Source of the DNA: Fidelibacterota bacterium
GTDB lineage: Bacteria; Fidelibacterota; UBA2242
Assembly (NCBI GenBank): GCA_049975265.1
Contig: JBNGDF010000008.1
Coordinates: 47,528-111,527 of the forward strand
DNA length: 64,000 bases
Reading direction: 5' to 3'
Shown: positions 17,601 through 26,968 of the stretch, in pieces
Position numbering within the stretch: position 1 is the stretch's first letter
How the letters are laid out: the number at the start of each line of letters is the position of its first letter
Notes under the pieces: model-generated
Databases searched by the model: none
Seen by the model: the letters and a program-made list of their open reading frames with translations, nothing else
What the model was told of the DNA's origin: nothing
Made by a program: the position numbers and the translations under genes

Positions 17601-18257
17601 ACCTTCCAGTGGCGACTGGACAATGCCAACGCCCGTGAAGACCTGCGATTCTATCCGCCCATTGGACGGTTACTACTGGAAAAAGCAGATGTGGAGATCT
17701 TCCCGGAATTCAGTTTTCTGGATTGGCACACCTATCGGGTTGCCGTATATGGCGATTCAACAGCCGTGTATCTCGATGAAGACCCGGTACCGATCATGAC
17801 CGGCAAAACCAGCGACGGAACGTCGGATCACTATTTCAAATTTGGTGATCGCGGCTCCGGTACGGTTGGCGGGTTACTCGATTGGATGATAATGGATATC
17901 TCCGGTGCCTATGCACCTGGTGAAGGGGTCCCGATTCCGGAAGGACTCTACGTGGATGTTCCGGACGCAGTTGAAGATGTTGCGGTTCTGCCCAAAGCCT
18001 TCAAACTGTCCCAGAACTATCCGAATCCCTTCAATCCAACTACGGTCATTCAGTATGAAGTACCGCGTCAGAGCAAAGTCGTCATCAAACTCTACGATAT
18101 GCTTGGCAAAGAGGTGCTGACGATGGTGAACAAAGAACAGCCGGCGGGTCGGTATTCTCTGACACTCGACGCCAATCGTTTAGCCAGCGGTATCTACTTC
18201 TACAACATGCAGGCTGACAACTTCATTCAGACAAAGAAAATGGTCTTACTGAAGTAA
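14616..18257 (+). CDS. Secreted protein with five tandem ~218-aa ConA/LamG-like modules and CTD
   Basis: Five modules, each starting W-x-[VI]-YD-x-[SG]-[VI]-LP-x-ET and containing WHT[YF]R[IV], K[MIF]GD and DW motifs; signal peptide; QNYPNPFNP CTD. Confidence 0.85.
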   Translation: MKKSAIFGVICIVFALLAFIPLKAQWQVYDGSVLPAETGSSGTLDISSVSDDSPGLDMVQEIIDDPDIPGNKIFKYLQPNGKTNFRHYFSDTYADSAFTIVARVKGDTASVFDRAFDFEWRNGNAGTRDKLLLWTQDNLLELDNNGAKIDPGVSISDWHTYRITVFGDTATIFIDENPVPVHKAGTSNSTSDKYFKMGDGSGDAIGGYMDWCALDTSGAYAPGEGTPIPAELYVDGTPIPPSWKVYDGSVLPGETTGEGDNLDISSVSDDSPGLDMVQEIIDDPDIPGNKIFKYLQPNGKTNFRHYFSDTYADSAFTIVARVKGDTASVFDRAFDFEWRNGNAGTRDKLLLWTQDNLLELDNNGAKIDPGVSISDWHTYRITVFGDTATIFIDENPVPVHKAGTSNSTSDKYFKMGDGSSDAIGGYMDWCILDVTGAYAPGEGAPIPAYLYVDGGPPPAKWLVYDAGVLPTETADAGGDTLDISDISDDYPGTGMVAEIINDPDISGNKLFKYLQPDGRLTFRHYFDESYEDSNFTIVTRIKGENDAAYDRAFDIRWDNANAGTRDELRIWPADSTLELEKADVSIKLDVDFYVWHTFRIVVNGDLAEVYLDENPEPVISGITTATTSSQYLKIGDGSSDAIGGYMDWLILDVSGAYGPDQGLPIPEGLFVDHSPEPYVPKWLVYDAGILPSETADCGGDTLDLSSVSDDSPGTGLVEEIIDDPDITGNKLLKYLHPDGRKMYRHYMDEVNAAESITLMARVKGERDATYDRAFDLQWRNAKANARDELRIWPADSTLELEKAGVEVKVDMDLYEWHTYRIAVYGDSAVVFVDEYEEPYLTGVSSEATSDLYIKIGDGSSDAVGGYLDWCILDISGAFEPGEGLAIPAELYVDEFEFIAQPGWRIYDGSVLPTETSGGGDSLDISNLSEDSPGTDMVEVIVDDPDISGNKLFQYEQPGQYGEKRMYRSYFNEYWKGTEFTLIFRTRALDGYDQNFTFQWRLDNANAREDLRFYPPIGRLLLEKADVEIFPEFSFLDWHTYRVAVYGDSTAVYLDEDPVPIMTGKTSDGTSDHYFKFGDRGSGTVGGLLDWMIMDISGAYAPGEGVPIPEGLYVDVPDAVEDVAVLPKAFKLSQNYPNPFNPTTVIQYEVPRQSKVVIKLYDMLGKEVLTMVNKEQPAGRYSLTLDANRLASGIYFYNMQADNFIQTKKMVLLK
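14744..15872 (+). repeat. 475-bp identical direct repeat (14744-15218 = 15398-15872; period 654 bp)
   Basis: Base-by-base reading shows no mismatch; identical antisense ORFs at 14772-15161 and 15426-15815. Confidence 0.9.
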
Positions 18258-18336
18258 TGCTGAACAACGGAATCCAGTGGTATTGATAAAGGTGAACAAT
18301 ACGGTGACTCAATTTATGTCCAGGCGCCGGTGTAAT

Positions 18337-20319
18337 ATGAATACGGTTTTCGCGGTGGTATTACTGATTCTGTCCAATGCTGCTTTGCCAGCCCAGGATC
18401 TGAAAACGTATCAGGCGGAAAACGCCATTTTCTACCATGCGAAAATCGAAACAGAACATGCCGGTTTCTCCGGAAACGGCTATGTCAATTTTGACAATGA
18501 AACCGGCAGCTACATCGAGTTCACCGTTTTTATGGCAGACACGGATACTCAAACGGTCTATATCCGGTACGCCAACGGTGCCGTCAGTGCACGCCCGATG
18601 GAGATTGCTATTGATTCCGTCGGATTGGCTGAGATGCCGGATTTCAATCCCACCGGCGCCTGGACAAATTGGGCTCTGGATTCCGTTAGACTGACTTTGG
18701 TTGCGGGGACGAACAGAATACGCTTTACCAGCGCCTCCGGTGACGGCGGTCCAAACATCGATCGGATCGATGTAACCGGCACACCGGGGGTGGTGCTTTA
18801 CAGCCTGGATCTCAACGTTATCGGTTCCGGCAGCGTTGAGATCGCGCCCCCGGATACCATTTTCCCCGAGGGAATGCAAGTTGAAATATTCGCCCGCCCG
18901 GATTCCGGCTGGAGTTTCCGGGAATGGCGGGGCGATACCAGCAGCACAGATAATCCCTTTGATTTCATAATGAATTCCAACCTGCGGATCACCGCACTGT
19001 TTATTGCGGATTTCGACACCGCTTATCAATGCGAGGAAAGTCCGGTCGGTTTTGCCGCGGTAGATACGCTGGGTCAAAACGGGACCTATGGCGGAGCCAG
19101 GGGCGATACCGTTGTCGTGACAACCGGGGCGGAGCTGTTTCAGATTCTCGATTCCCGGCGGGATGCACGGTTTGACCAGAATCATCCGCCGCTGGTGATT
19201 ATGGTGCGGGGTAAATTGACCTGGACCGAAAAAGCGATGATGGATTTCAAGGAAAATTACGATGTTTCCCTTATCGGCGAGGGATCGGATGCCCAGATTG
19301 AAGGTTTCGGTCTGAATCTGTTCCGCAGCCACAATATCGTTATCCGCAATATTGAGTTTCGCAATGCACCCGACGACTGCATCAACATTACCGATCCGTT
19401 GTCACATCATATCTGGATTGATCACTGCACCTTTTCCGATTCACCGGATAACGATCCCGGTGGCGATCGCCACGACGGCTTGCTGGATATCAAACACGGC
19501 GCCAGCTATATTACCGTATCCTGGTGTCATTTTTACAATCACCGCAAATCGAACCTGATCGGGCACTCGGAAAATAACGGCGACGAAGATATCGGCAGAT
19601 TGAAAATTACCTATCACCACAACTGGTGGGAAAATACCGTGTCCCGGAATCCGCGTACCCGTTTCGGTGAAATCCATGTTTTCAATAATTTTTATGACAA
19701 TTCTGCCAATATTATGTCATATGGTGTCGGGGTGACCTGCTATGCTCATGTATTGGTGGAGGCGAATTATTTTGAGAGCGTGCCGATTCCCGTACTGATT
19801 TCCCAGGTCAATGACGACTACGGAACGCTCAGCGGTAATCCCGCCGGATATGCCATGGCGGTTGCCAATTATGCGGTGGACTCGGGACCTATCGTTGAGT
19901 ATCTCGGGAATTATGATTTCGATCCCGGAGGTTATTACGACTATCAGCCCGATGATCCGACGCTGCTGCCGGTCTTGATACCGGCGCTGGCTGGCAGCGG
20001 TAAACTGGATGCGCAAATACCGGTGGCAACCATTGGCAATCCGGGTCGGCAGGCAGAACATTTTACCCTGTCGCAGAATTATCCCAATCCCTTTAACCCG
20101 GTGACCCAAGTCGAATATATGTTGCCGAAAGACGATTTTGTAAATTTGACGGTCTACAATTTAACCGGTCAGGTTGTTCAATGTCTGGTTGCCGAAGCCC
20201 AATCAGCCGGCTCCTATATGGTGCCCTTTGATGCCTCGGAGATGCCCAGCGGGATGTATCTCTACCGGCTGCAGGTGGGCAATCAGGTGAAAACCCGTAA
20301 AATGATGTTGTTGAAATGA
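18337..20319 (+). CDS. CBM35-like module + InlB-B-like repeat + PL1 pectate lyase + CTD
   Basis: YQAENA...GFSGNGYVNFDN...IRYANG...GPNIDRIDV; GSGSVEI...GWSFREWRGD; NIVIRNIEF, IWIDHCTF, DGLLDIKHGASYITVSW, ITYHHNW, SRNPRTRFG; QNYPNPFNP. Confidence 0.9.
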   Translation: MNTVFAVVLLILSNAALPAQDLKTYQAENAIFYHAKIETEHAGFSGNGYVNFDNETGSYIEFTVFMADTDTQTVYIRYANGAVSARPMEIAIDSVGLAEMPDFNPTGAWTNWALDSVRLTLVAGTNRIRFTSASGDGGPNIDRIDVTGTPGVVLYSLDLNVIGSGSVEIAPPDTIFPEGMQVEIFARPDSGWSFREWRGDTSSTDNPFDFIMNSNLRITALFIADFDTAYQCEESPVGFAAVDTLGQNGTYGGARGDTVVVTTGAELFQILDSRRDARFDQNHPPLVIMVRGKLTWTEKAMMDFKENYDVSLIGEGSDAQIEGFGLNLFRSHNIVIRNIEFRNAPDDCINITDPLSHHIWIDHCTFSDSPDNDPGGDRHDGLLDIKHGASYITVSWCHFYNHRKSNLIGHSENNGDEDIGRLKITYHHNWWENTVSRNPRTRFGEIHVFNNFYDNSANIMSYGVGVTCYAHVLVEANYFESVPIPVLISQVNDDYGTLSGNPAGYAMAVANYAVDSGPIVEYLGNYDFDPGGYYDYQPDDPTLLPVLIPALAGSGKLDAQIPVATIGNPGRQAEHFTLSQNYPNPFNPVTQVEYMLPKDDFVNLTVYNLTGQVVQCLVAEAQSAGSYMVPFDASEMPSGMYLYRLQVGNQVKTRKMMLLK

Positions 20320-21584
20320 GAAAAAAATTTCGGCAGATCGGATTGAATAGCGTTTTAGCAGGCATCTTACTGCTGCTGAATACAGTACCGCTTATCGCCC
20401 GCTGTACGGCGGATATTTGGGTTGATCAAAACGGTCAGGGAGATTTCGAAACAGTAACGGAAGCCATTCAATCACTGCCCGTTTTTAATTATGAGCGAAC
20501 AACAATCTTTCTTAAGAAAGGCGTCTACACCGAAAAGATCAGGATTGACTGTGATTACATTACCTTGAGTGGCGAGAGCCGGGCGGAGACGATCATTCGC
20601 TATGCGCAATTGCGTTTGGATTGGGAGAAAGATAAAGACGCCATCGGGCCGGCGGTGGTCAATATCCATGCTGATGATGTGATCTTAGAAAATGTTACCA
20701 TCGAAAATACGCAGCCGGAGATCGGACCCCATGCCTTTGTGATATACGGCACCGGTACGCGGACAATCATTCAGCATTGTAATGTCCACAGCCGCGGAGG
20801 TGATACCATTGCCCTCTGGAATTATAAAGAGGGAAAATACTATCTAGCGGATTGCAGCATCAGCGGCGCAGTGGATTTTGTCTGTCCCAGAGGCTGGTGC
20901 TTTATGTGCGATTGTCAACTGTATGAACATAAACCGACCGCCGCGCTCTGGCATGCCGGGGGCTACTGCCGCGATCAGAAATTTGTCATTGTGAATTCGA
21001 AATTTGACGGTGTTTCGGGTTTCAAACTGGGGCGGCATCATTACGAAGCCCAGTTTTATCTGGTGAACTGTCAATTCTCAGAAGCGCTGAGCGATGTGCC
21101 GATCTATTATGTTTTCTATCCGGATGCACCGGAACGCAACCGACCTTTTAATTGGGGTGCCCGCTACCATTTTTATAATTGCCAACGGCAAGGTGGTGAT
21201 TATGACTGGTTTGCGGATAATTTACAGGAAGCCGACGGTTCGCCCGAAGCCGCCGATCTGACTGCTGCCTGGACATTCGCCGGAGACTGGGACCCGGAAT
21301 CGCCGGCGGGTCCGGTGGTCCGGAATTATACGATCCAGGGAAATCGGGTAATCTTTCAATTTAGTGAAATTGTCAGCGTCAGCGGCTGTCCGAAATTACA
21401 CACAGCGACCGGAATATCGCTTATTTACCATTCCGGTGGCGGATCGGATACAATACGTTTCGACAGTGCTACGCCGCTTAAAAGAGAAGATTTGAAAGCG
21501 CCGTTACAGATAAGTAATGGTCAATTGACCGGCACGGTGGCGGCGGTGAAACCGCGTCCGGTGGATTTCAGATTGAAGATTTAA
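20316..21584 (+). CDS. Pectin methylesterase, CE8, with C-terminal extension
   Basis: VDQNGQGDFETVTEAI, IFLKKGVYTEKI, GGDT, ISGAVDFV, FKLGR. Confidence 0.85.
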   Translation: MRKKFRQIGLNSVLAGILLLLNTVPLIARCTADIWVDQNGQGDFETVTEAIQSLPVFNYERTTIFLKKGVYTEKIRIDCDYITLSGESRAETIIRYAQLRLDWEKDKDAIGPAVVNIHADDVILENVTIENTQPEIGPHAFVIYGTGTRTIIQHCNVHSRGGDTIALWNYKEGKYYLADCSISGAVDFVCPRGWCFMCDCQLYEHKPTAALWHAGGYCRDQKFVIVNSKFDGVSGFKLGRHHYEAQFYLVNCQFSEALSDVPIYYVFYPDAPERNRPFNWGARYHFYNCQRQGGDYDWFADNLQEADGSPEAADLTAAWTFAGDWDPESPAGPVVRNYTIQGNRVIFQFSEIVSVSGCPKLHTATGISLIYHSGGGSDTIRFDSATPLKREDLKAPLQISNGQLTGTVAAVKPRPVDFRLKI

Positions 21585-21597
21585 ACAGAGAGAGCCA

Positions 21598-22767
21598 GTG
21601 ATTCAGCGCGTTTTTAAAATACTTAATATGGTGAGCCGGACAATCGTTCTGCCGCTGGTCGCTCTTCTTATGTTTGTCCCGAATGAGCCGCTGAATTCCC
21701 AGAATTATGAGTACCGGACAACAGAACAGACCACTCAGTCGGAATTGTGGGCAGACCTTCTGGCGCATGAAGCGGATTGGTATGCTTCACCGGAAGCGAT
21801 CCGGATTGCCGAAAATGTATTGCTATATCAACGCAGCTCCGGTGGCTGGCCGAAAAATATTGACTATACCGAGCTCCTCAGTGCTGTCCAGAAAAAGGAG
21901 CTGCGGGACTATACCGACGAACCGCTGGCGACGATTGACAATGGTGCCACCTATACCCAGATGCGTTATCTGGCGAAAGTCTACGCTCCGACGAAGGATA
22001 AGCGCTACTGTCTGGCGTTTTTAAAAGGTCTGGATTATCTGTTGAAGGCGCAGTATGAAAACGGTGGCTGGCCGCAGTATTATCCGCTGCGTAAGGGGTA
22101 CTATTCCCACATCACTTACAACGATGATGCGATGGTTGGCGTCATGCGTCTGCTGCGGGATATTGCCGCCGGGCGGAGTGAGTACCGGTTTGTCGATGAA
22201 AAGCGGCGTTCGATGGCGCAAAAAGCGGTTGCCAAAGGCATTGAATGTATTCTCAAGACCCAGGTGGTTGTCAACGGAGAATTGACTGCCTGGTGCGCTC
22301 AACATGATGTCGCGACGCTGAAACCGGCGCGGGGACGGGCGTACGAGCTGCCCTCACTAAGCGGAAAAGAGACCGTCGGAATTATCCGTTTCCTGATGGG
22401 AATCGAGAATCCGTCGCAGCAAGTCATTGAGGCTGTCGAAAGCGCCGTTGATTGGTTACAGATGGTGAAAATTGAAGGAATCCGGCGAAAAATCGTGCCG
22501 AATCACCGGAGTCCCACCGGATATGACAAGGTGGTGGTGCCGGACCCGGGTGCGCCGCCGATCTGGGCGCGGTTTTACCAGATTGGGACAAACCGACCCT
22601 TTTTCAGTGATCGCGACGGCAAGATGTACTTTCATCTGGCGGACATATCGCTGGAAAGACGAGTCAAGTACGGCTGGCTGGGTTACTGGCCGCAGGAGCT
22701 TCTGGAAAACGATTATCCCCGCTGGAACGCCCGTTATGTAGCCGGGAAACACATGCCGGAACAATAA
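21598..22767 (+). CDS. pelA: Pectate lyase, PL10
   Basis: LLYQRSSGGWPKN, ATIDNGAT, AQYENGGWPQYYP, HITYNDDAM, WCAQHD, RAYELPSLSG, WARFY, ERRVKYGW. Confidence 0.9.
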   Translation: MIQRVFKILNMVSRTIVLPLVALLMFVPNEPLNSQNYEYRTTEQTTQSELWADLLAHEADWYASPEAIRIAENVLLYQRSSGGWPKNIDYTELLSAVQKKELRDYTDEPLATIDNGATYTQMRYLAKVYAPTKDKRYCLAFLKGLDYLLKAQYENGGWPQYYPLRKGYYSHITYNDDAMVGVMRLLRDIAAGRSEYRFVDEKRRSMAQKAVAKGIECILKTQVVVNGELTAWCAQHDVATLKPARGRAYELPSLSGKETVGIIRFLMGIENPSQQVIEAVESAVDWLQMVKIEGIRRKIVPNHRSPTGYDKVVVPDPGAPPIWARFYQIGTNRPFFSDRDGKMYFHLADISLERRVKYGWLGYWPQELLENDYPRWNARYVAGKHMPEQ

Positions 22768-22835
22768 TAGTAAATGAGCAGGCTGATTGCGGGAGTGTGT
22801 GAGAAAATTGAGATGTGAACGATAGGAGACATGTG

Positions 22836-24446
22836 ATGAAAGAGAGAGTAATTCAAAAAGGAATCCGGATGACATTGGCAGGAATTCTGGTTCTGTTACT
22901 TCAGGCATGCAGCAGTTCGACTCCGCCCTATTTCAATGTGTGCGACTTCGGAGCGATAGCCGACGGAGTAACGAAAAATACCGAAGCGATTAAAAGAGCC
23001 ATCGACGCTACCGCCGCCGCGGGAGGCGGAACGGTCCACTTTCCAGCGGGAACCTATCTGACGGGTCCGATTCACCTCAAGAGCAATGTCACAATTCATG
23101 TCGACGCCGGCGCCGTACTGAAGTTCAGTAAAGATTTCGATGATTATTTACCAATGGTGATTTCACGCTGGGAAGGTACTACCGGAATGAATTTTTCGCC
23201 TCTGTTTTACGGGTACCAACTCGAGAATGTCACCATCGAGGGACGCGGATTGCTGGACGGACAGGGAGAAGTCTGGTGGGAGTTCTATGGAAATCTGAGA
23301 AAGGAGTACAAAGAGTATGGAGAGGTACGAACCCACTCCAGGTGGCAAGAAATGCACCGGGAAGCGAACAAAAATACTCTCCAACCCGATACCTGGATGT
23401 GGGATAACAATAATTTTCTGCGCCCGCCCTTTATTCAGTTTTATGATTGTAAAAATGTCCAGATCAAAGATGTTACCATCATCAATTCACCATTCTGGAC
23501 CGTGAATCCGGAACTCTGCGATAATGTGACGATTACCGGAATTACCATCAAAAATCCGGCGGATTCCTATAATACCGACGGAATCAATCCCGGCTCCTGT
23601 ACCAATGTTCATATTTCCAATTGTCATATCTCCGTGGGTGATGATTGTATTACCCTCAAATCGGGGCGTGATGAGGACGGTCACCGGATTGGACGTCCGG
23701 CGGAAAATATTACCATTACCAATTGCACCATGCTGAACGGACATGGCGGGGTGGTGATCGGCAGTGAGATGTCAGCCGATGTGCGTAAGGTGACGATTTC
23801 GAACTGCATATTTGACGGAACCGACCGGGGTATCCGGATCAAGTCGATGCGGGGACGCGGTGGTATCGTCGAGGAAATCCGGGTTTCCAACATCGTCATG
23901 AAAAATATTCAGCTGGAGGCAATTAAAATGAATATGGAGTATCAGAAAACCGAGCCCGAACCGGTCTCCGAGCGAACGCCCCGTTTTCGGAATATCCATA
24001 TCAGCAATGTCACCGCCAGCCAGACCAGACAAGCCGCCAATCTGCTGGGACTGGATGAAATGTCCATTCAGGATGTAACCTTTACAAATATTAATATGGA
24101 CGCCCGCAGGGGATTTGAATTCAGGAATGTCGATGATATCGAATTTCACCATGTCACGATCAACGCCGAAACCGGACCGGCTTTTATGGGATCAGACGTG
24201 AACAATCTGGAAATGAACGGTGTGAAGACACAATATCTGAAAAACGGAGCGCCGGTGGTTCATCTGGAAAATGTCCGCAATGCCTATATTCACGGCGCCA
24301 ATCCATTGCCGGGTACCGAAAAATATCTGTCGGTCAATGGAGATAAATCCAATAATATTGTTGTCACCGGCAATAATTTTCAGCATGTTAAAAATCCGGT
24401 TGTGTTGGGAAATGGGGTTCCGTCTCAGGCGGTTATTCAGAAATAG
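22836..24446 (+). CDS. GH28 (exo-)polygalacturonase; probable lipoprotein
   Basis: AGGAGA RBS; LQAC lipobox; NTDGINP, GDDCITLKSG, GHGGVVIGSE, RGIRIKSMRGRGG. Confidence 0.93.
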   Translation: MKERVIQKGIRMTLAGILVLLLQACSSSTPPYFNVCDFGAIADGVTKNTEAIKRAIDATAAAGGGTVHFPAGTYLTGPIHLKSNVTIHVDAGAVLKFSKDFDDYLPMVISRWEGTTGMNFSPLFYGYQLENVTIEGRGLLDGQGEVWWEFYGNLRKEYKEYGEVRTHSRWQEMHREANKNTLQPDTWMWDNNNFLRPPFIQFYDCKNVQIKDVTIINSPFWTVNPELCDNVTITGITIKNPADSYNTDGINPGSCTNVHISNCHISVGDDCITLKSGRDEDGHRIGRPAENITITNCTMLNGHGGVVIGSEMSADVRKVTISNCIFDGTDRGIRIKSMRGRGGIVEEIRVSNIVMKNIQLEAIKMNMEYQKTEPEPVSERTPRFRNIHISNVTASQTRQAANLLGLDEMSIQDVTFTNINMDARRGFEFRNVDDIEFHHVTINAETGPAFMGSDVNNLEMNGVKTQYLKNGAPVVHLENVRNAYIHGANPLPGTEKYLSVNGDKSNNIVVTGNNFQHVKNPVVLGNGVPSQAVIQK

Positions 24447-24536
24447 GGATGACAGAGCCGCACCGTAACTCCTTCGGTTGACCTGTTTGCGACGTACTGA
24501 TTCACAAAAAAAGTGCTGTGAGACGATGAAAAGTGA

Positions 24537-24565
24537 TTGCATCTGCCCGGGCGTTTTTGTAAACT
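24537..24565 (+). promoter_or_regulatory. Sigma70-type promoter of the uronate operon
   Basis: TTGCAT (24537-24542), 17 bp spacer, TAAACT (24560-24565). Confidence 0.55.
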
Positions 24566-24578
24566 TGGTATACCAGGT
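24563..24578. promoter_or_regulatory. Palindromic GntR-family operator
   Basis: ACTTGGTATACCAGGT with perfect core TGGTATACCA (24566-24575), overlapping the -10/start region directly upstream of a GntR-HTH regulator. Confidence 0.65.
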
Positions 24579-24621
24579 ATGCTTGGCAAGTTAACATGTG
24601 AAATCACACTTTAGAAAAACC

Positions 24622-25734
24622 ATGATTGATCTGAACAATCCGGAACCACTCTACCGACAAGTTGCTGCCGATATCCGCACCAGAATTATCTCCGGCGAAC
24701 TGGTTGCCGGCGACCGGATCGGATCGCAGCAGGAGCTGACCAAAATCTATAACGTCAGTCCTATTACCGTCAAAAAGGCGGTGGCGGAGCTGATTCGCGA
24801 GGGCGTCCTTTTCAGCCGCGTCGGCAAGGGCATCTATGTGGCGGCTCCCCGGAAACGGGTGGATTTTTCCAAAACCCAGACCATCGGTTTTGTGCTCAGA
24901 GATTTGAACAGCCCGTTCTTTTCGCGAATTCTGACGAGTGTGGAGCGGACGGTTTCGGATAACCGCTACAATCTTCTTTTGGCGAACTCCACCGATCGTT
25001 CCGACATCGAGGACGAGCAGCTGCGGCACTTTCTGAATCTGGGGGTCAGCGGAATCATCATCGCCTCCATGAGTCACCACTATTCTGCCACGCCGCTGAT
25101 CCGCCAGCTTAGCCATGATAACTATCCGGTGGTGGTGGTCTCATACATTGACGATGAGGACATCTGTTTTATCGGTACGGATCATGAGACCGGCGGCTAC
25201 ATTGCCACGGAACATCTGATCCAGTGTGGCTACCGGCGCATCGGTTATATCAACGGCGAGCCGGGCAACCGGGTAGGGGAACTGCGCTTCGAGGGGTATC
25301 GGAAAGCGCTTGCCGACCATGGATTGAATTATCAACCGGAGGATATTTACCGTTTGCAGCATTGCGGCGAGGCATACGATTATCAATCGGGGTATGAGAT
25401 CGGTGAACAGTATTTGCGACAGATGAGCCGGGCGGAAGCGCTTTTTGTTTACAATGATTTGGCGGCGCTGGGATTTCAGAGAGCCGTGCTGGATGCCGGA
25501 CGGAAGGTTCCCGAAGATGTGGCAATCGTCGGCTTTGACGATATCAAGCGGGGTGTCACGGCACCGGTCCCGCTGACAACCATTCACCAGCCTACCGATG
25601 AGATCGGGCTACTGGCGGTGAAGACGTTACTTGCCAAAATCAATAATCAGCCGGTCAGAATGCGTCAGATTCTGAAACCCACGCTGGTGATCAGAGAATC
25701 CTGTGGTATGCAGAAGAGAAATAAATCAGGATAA
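24622..25734 (+). CDS. GntR-HTH / LacI-sensor hybrid transcriptional regulator (AraR-type architecture)
   Basis: PLYRQV...ELTKIYNVSPITVKKAVAELIREGVL...GKGIYV, then a periplasmic-binding-type domain (YNDLAALG, VPEDVAIVGFDD, PLTTIHQP). Alternative GTG start at 24598. Confidence 0.9.
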   Translation: MIDLNNPEPLYRQVAADIRTRIISGELVAGDRIGSQQELTKIYNVSPITVKKAVAELIREGVLFSRVGKGIYVAAPRKRVDFSKTQTIGFVLRDLNSPFFSRILTSVERTVSDNRYNLLLANSTDRSDIEDEQLRHFLNLGVSGIIIASMSHHYSATPLIRQLSHDNYPVVVVSYIDDEDICFIGTDHETGGYIATEHLIQCGYRRIGYINGEPGNRVGELRFEGYRKALADHGLNYQPEDIYRLQHCGEAYDYQSGYEIGEQYLRQMSRAEALFVYNDLAALGFQRAVLDAGRKVPEDVAIVGFDDIKRGVTAPVPLTTIHQPTDEIGLLAVKTLLAKINNQPVRMRQILKPTLVIRESCGMQKRNKSG

Positions 25735-25752
25735 AATTTGGAGGGTGATGCG

Positions 25753-26955
25753 ATGTATAAACATGGTCTGGTTTCAATCCTTATCGTTGGATTATTTGCC
25801 TGCAGCCCGACACAGAAAATGGTCACGGTACGGATAAAGAACACAACGAATCTGCAGCGTCAGGATGCGCTGGTTGCCATTGATCTCGAAAAATTATCTC
25901 AACCGGGATTAACGGATAAACCGGTTGTCGTTGAAGCCGGGCATGAAGATATCCCGGTGCAAGAATTTGGGAATGAATTGTATCTGGTGGTCGATTTGGA
26001 GCCGATGGAGGAGAAGTCACTGACACTCCGGGTGGTCAGGGATGTTCCTCACTATCCGCAGCGTGCGCACGCCGAACTGTCCCGTAAAACCGGTGGTCGT
26101 TTCGAGGGAAGTCTCTACGTCGGCGGCACTTTCGAGAAGGTGACCGACGAAGTTATTCCGCCGGAACACGCGATTCACGATAACTATTATCGCTATGAAG
26201 GACCGGGCTGGGAGTCCGACCGGGTCGGCTATCGCTATTATCTGGATGAGCGCAACCGGATTGACATTTTCGGAAAGAGAGTGACCCGGATAGTGCTGCC
26301 CGAGGTAGGTCTGGACGGGCTGGATTCCTATCATGAACTCTCGGAGTGGGGCGCCGATATCTTTAAAGTAGGTGAATCGCTGGGAATCGGTTCGGTGGGC
26401 ACTTTTATTGATGGTAAGGTTTGCCAGGTCAATCAGACCGACAGTACGCGGGTCCGGATTGTTACCGACGGTCCCGTTTGGGCGGAGGTTCAGACCGATT
26501 ATTACGGATGGCAGCTGGATCAACACAAGCTCCATCTGGAATCTCATTTGGCAATTCACGCCGGAACCCGGCTGACCCGGCACAAACTCTGCATTCATAA
26601 CGGTTTGGAAAATCTCGTCACCGGTTTGGTCAAAACGGAGGGTTGTTCTTACATCGAAGGAGTACTGCACGACAATTCCTCCGGCTGGAACTACATTGCG
26701 CTGTGGGGCAGGCAGAGCCTGATGGGAGACAATCTGGGCACGGCAATTTTTTATCGGGAAGCGGATTTAATCGAGATTACCGAAGATGAGCTCAATTATC
26801 TGGTCGTCCTGAAACCGACAGACAGTCGTCTGACGTACTATTTTGCCGCTGCCTGGGAAGCCGAGCCCAACGGAATCAAAAGCGAAGGGGAATTTACCGA
26901 TTATCTGGGGCAAACAGTCATGGAATTGAACAACCCCGTTAAGGTGATGTATTAA
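25753..26955 (+). CDS. DUF4861-like lipoprotein
   Basis: GLFAC lipobox; YEGPGWESDRVGYRYYLD.RNRIDIFGK, YH...WGADIFKVGESLGIG, YYFAAAWEAEP. Confidence 0.7.
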   Translation: MYKHGLVSILIVGLFACSPTQKMVTVRIKNTTNLQRQDALVAIDLEKLSQPGLTDKPVVVEAGHEDIPVQEFGNELYLVVDLEPMEEKSLTLRVVRDVPHYPQRAHAELSRKTGGRFEGSLYVGGTFEKVTDEVIPPEHAIHDNYYRYEGPGWESDRVGYRYYLDERNRIDIFGKRVTRIVLPEVGLDGLDSYHELSEWGADIFKVGESLGIGSVGTFIDGKVCQVNQTDSTRVRIVTDGPVWAEVQTDYYGWQLDQHKLHLESHLAIHAGTRLTRHKLCIHNGLENLVTGLVKTEGCSYIEGVLHDNSSGWNYIALWGRQSLMGDNLGTAIFYREADLIEITEDELNYLVVLKPTDSRLTYYFAAAWEAEPNGIKSEGEFTDYLGQTVMELNNPVKVMY

Positions 26956-26968
26956 TAAAGGAGTTGCA

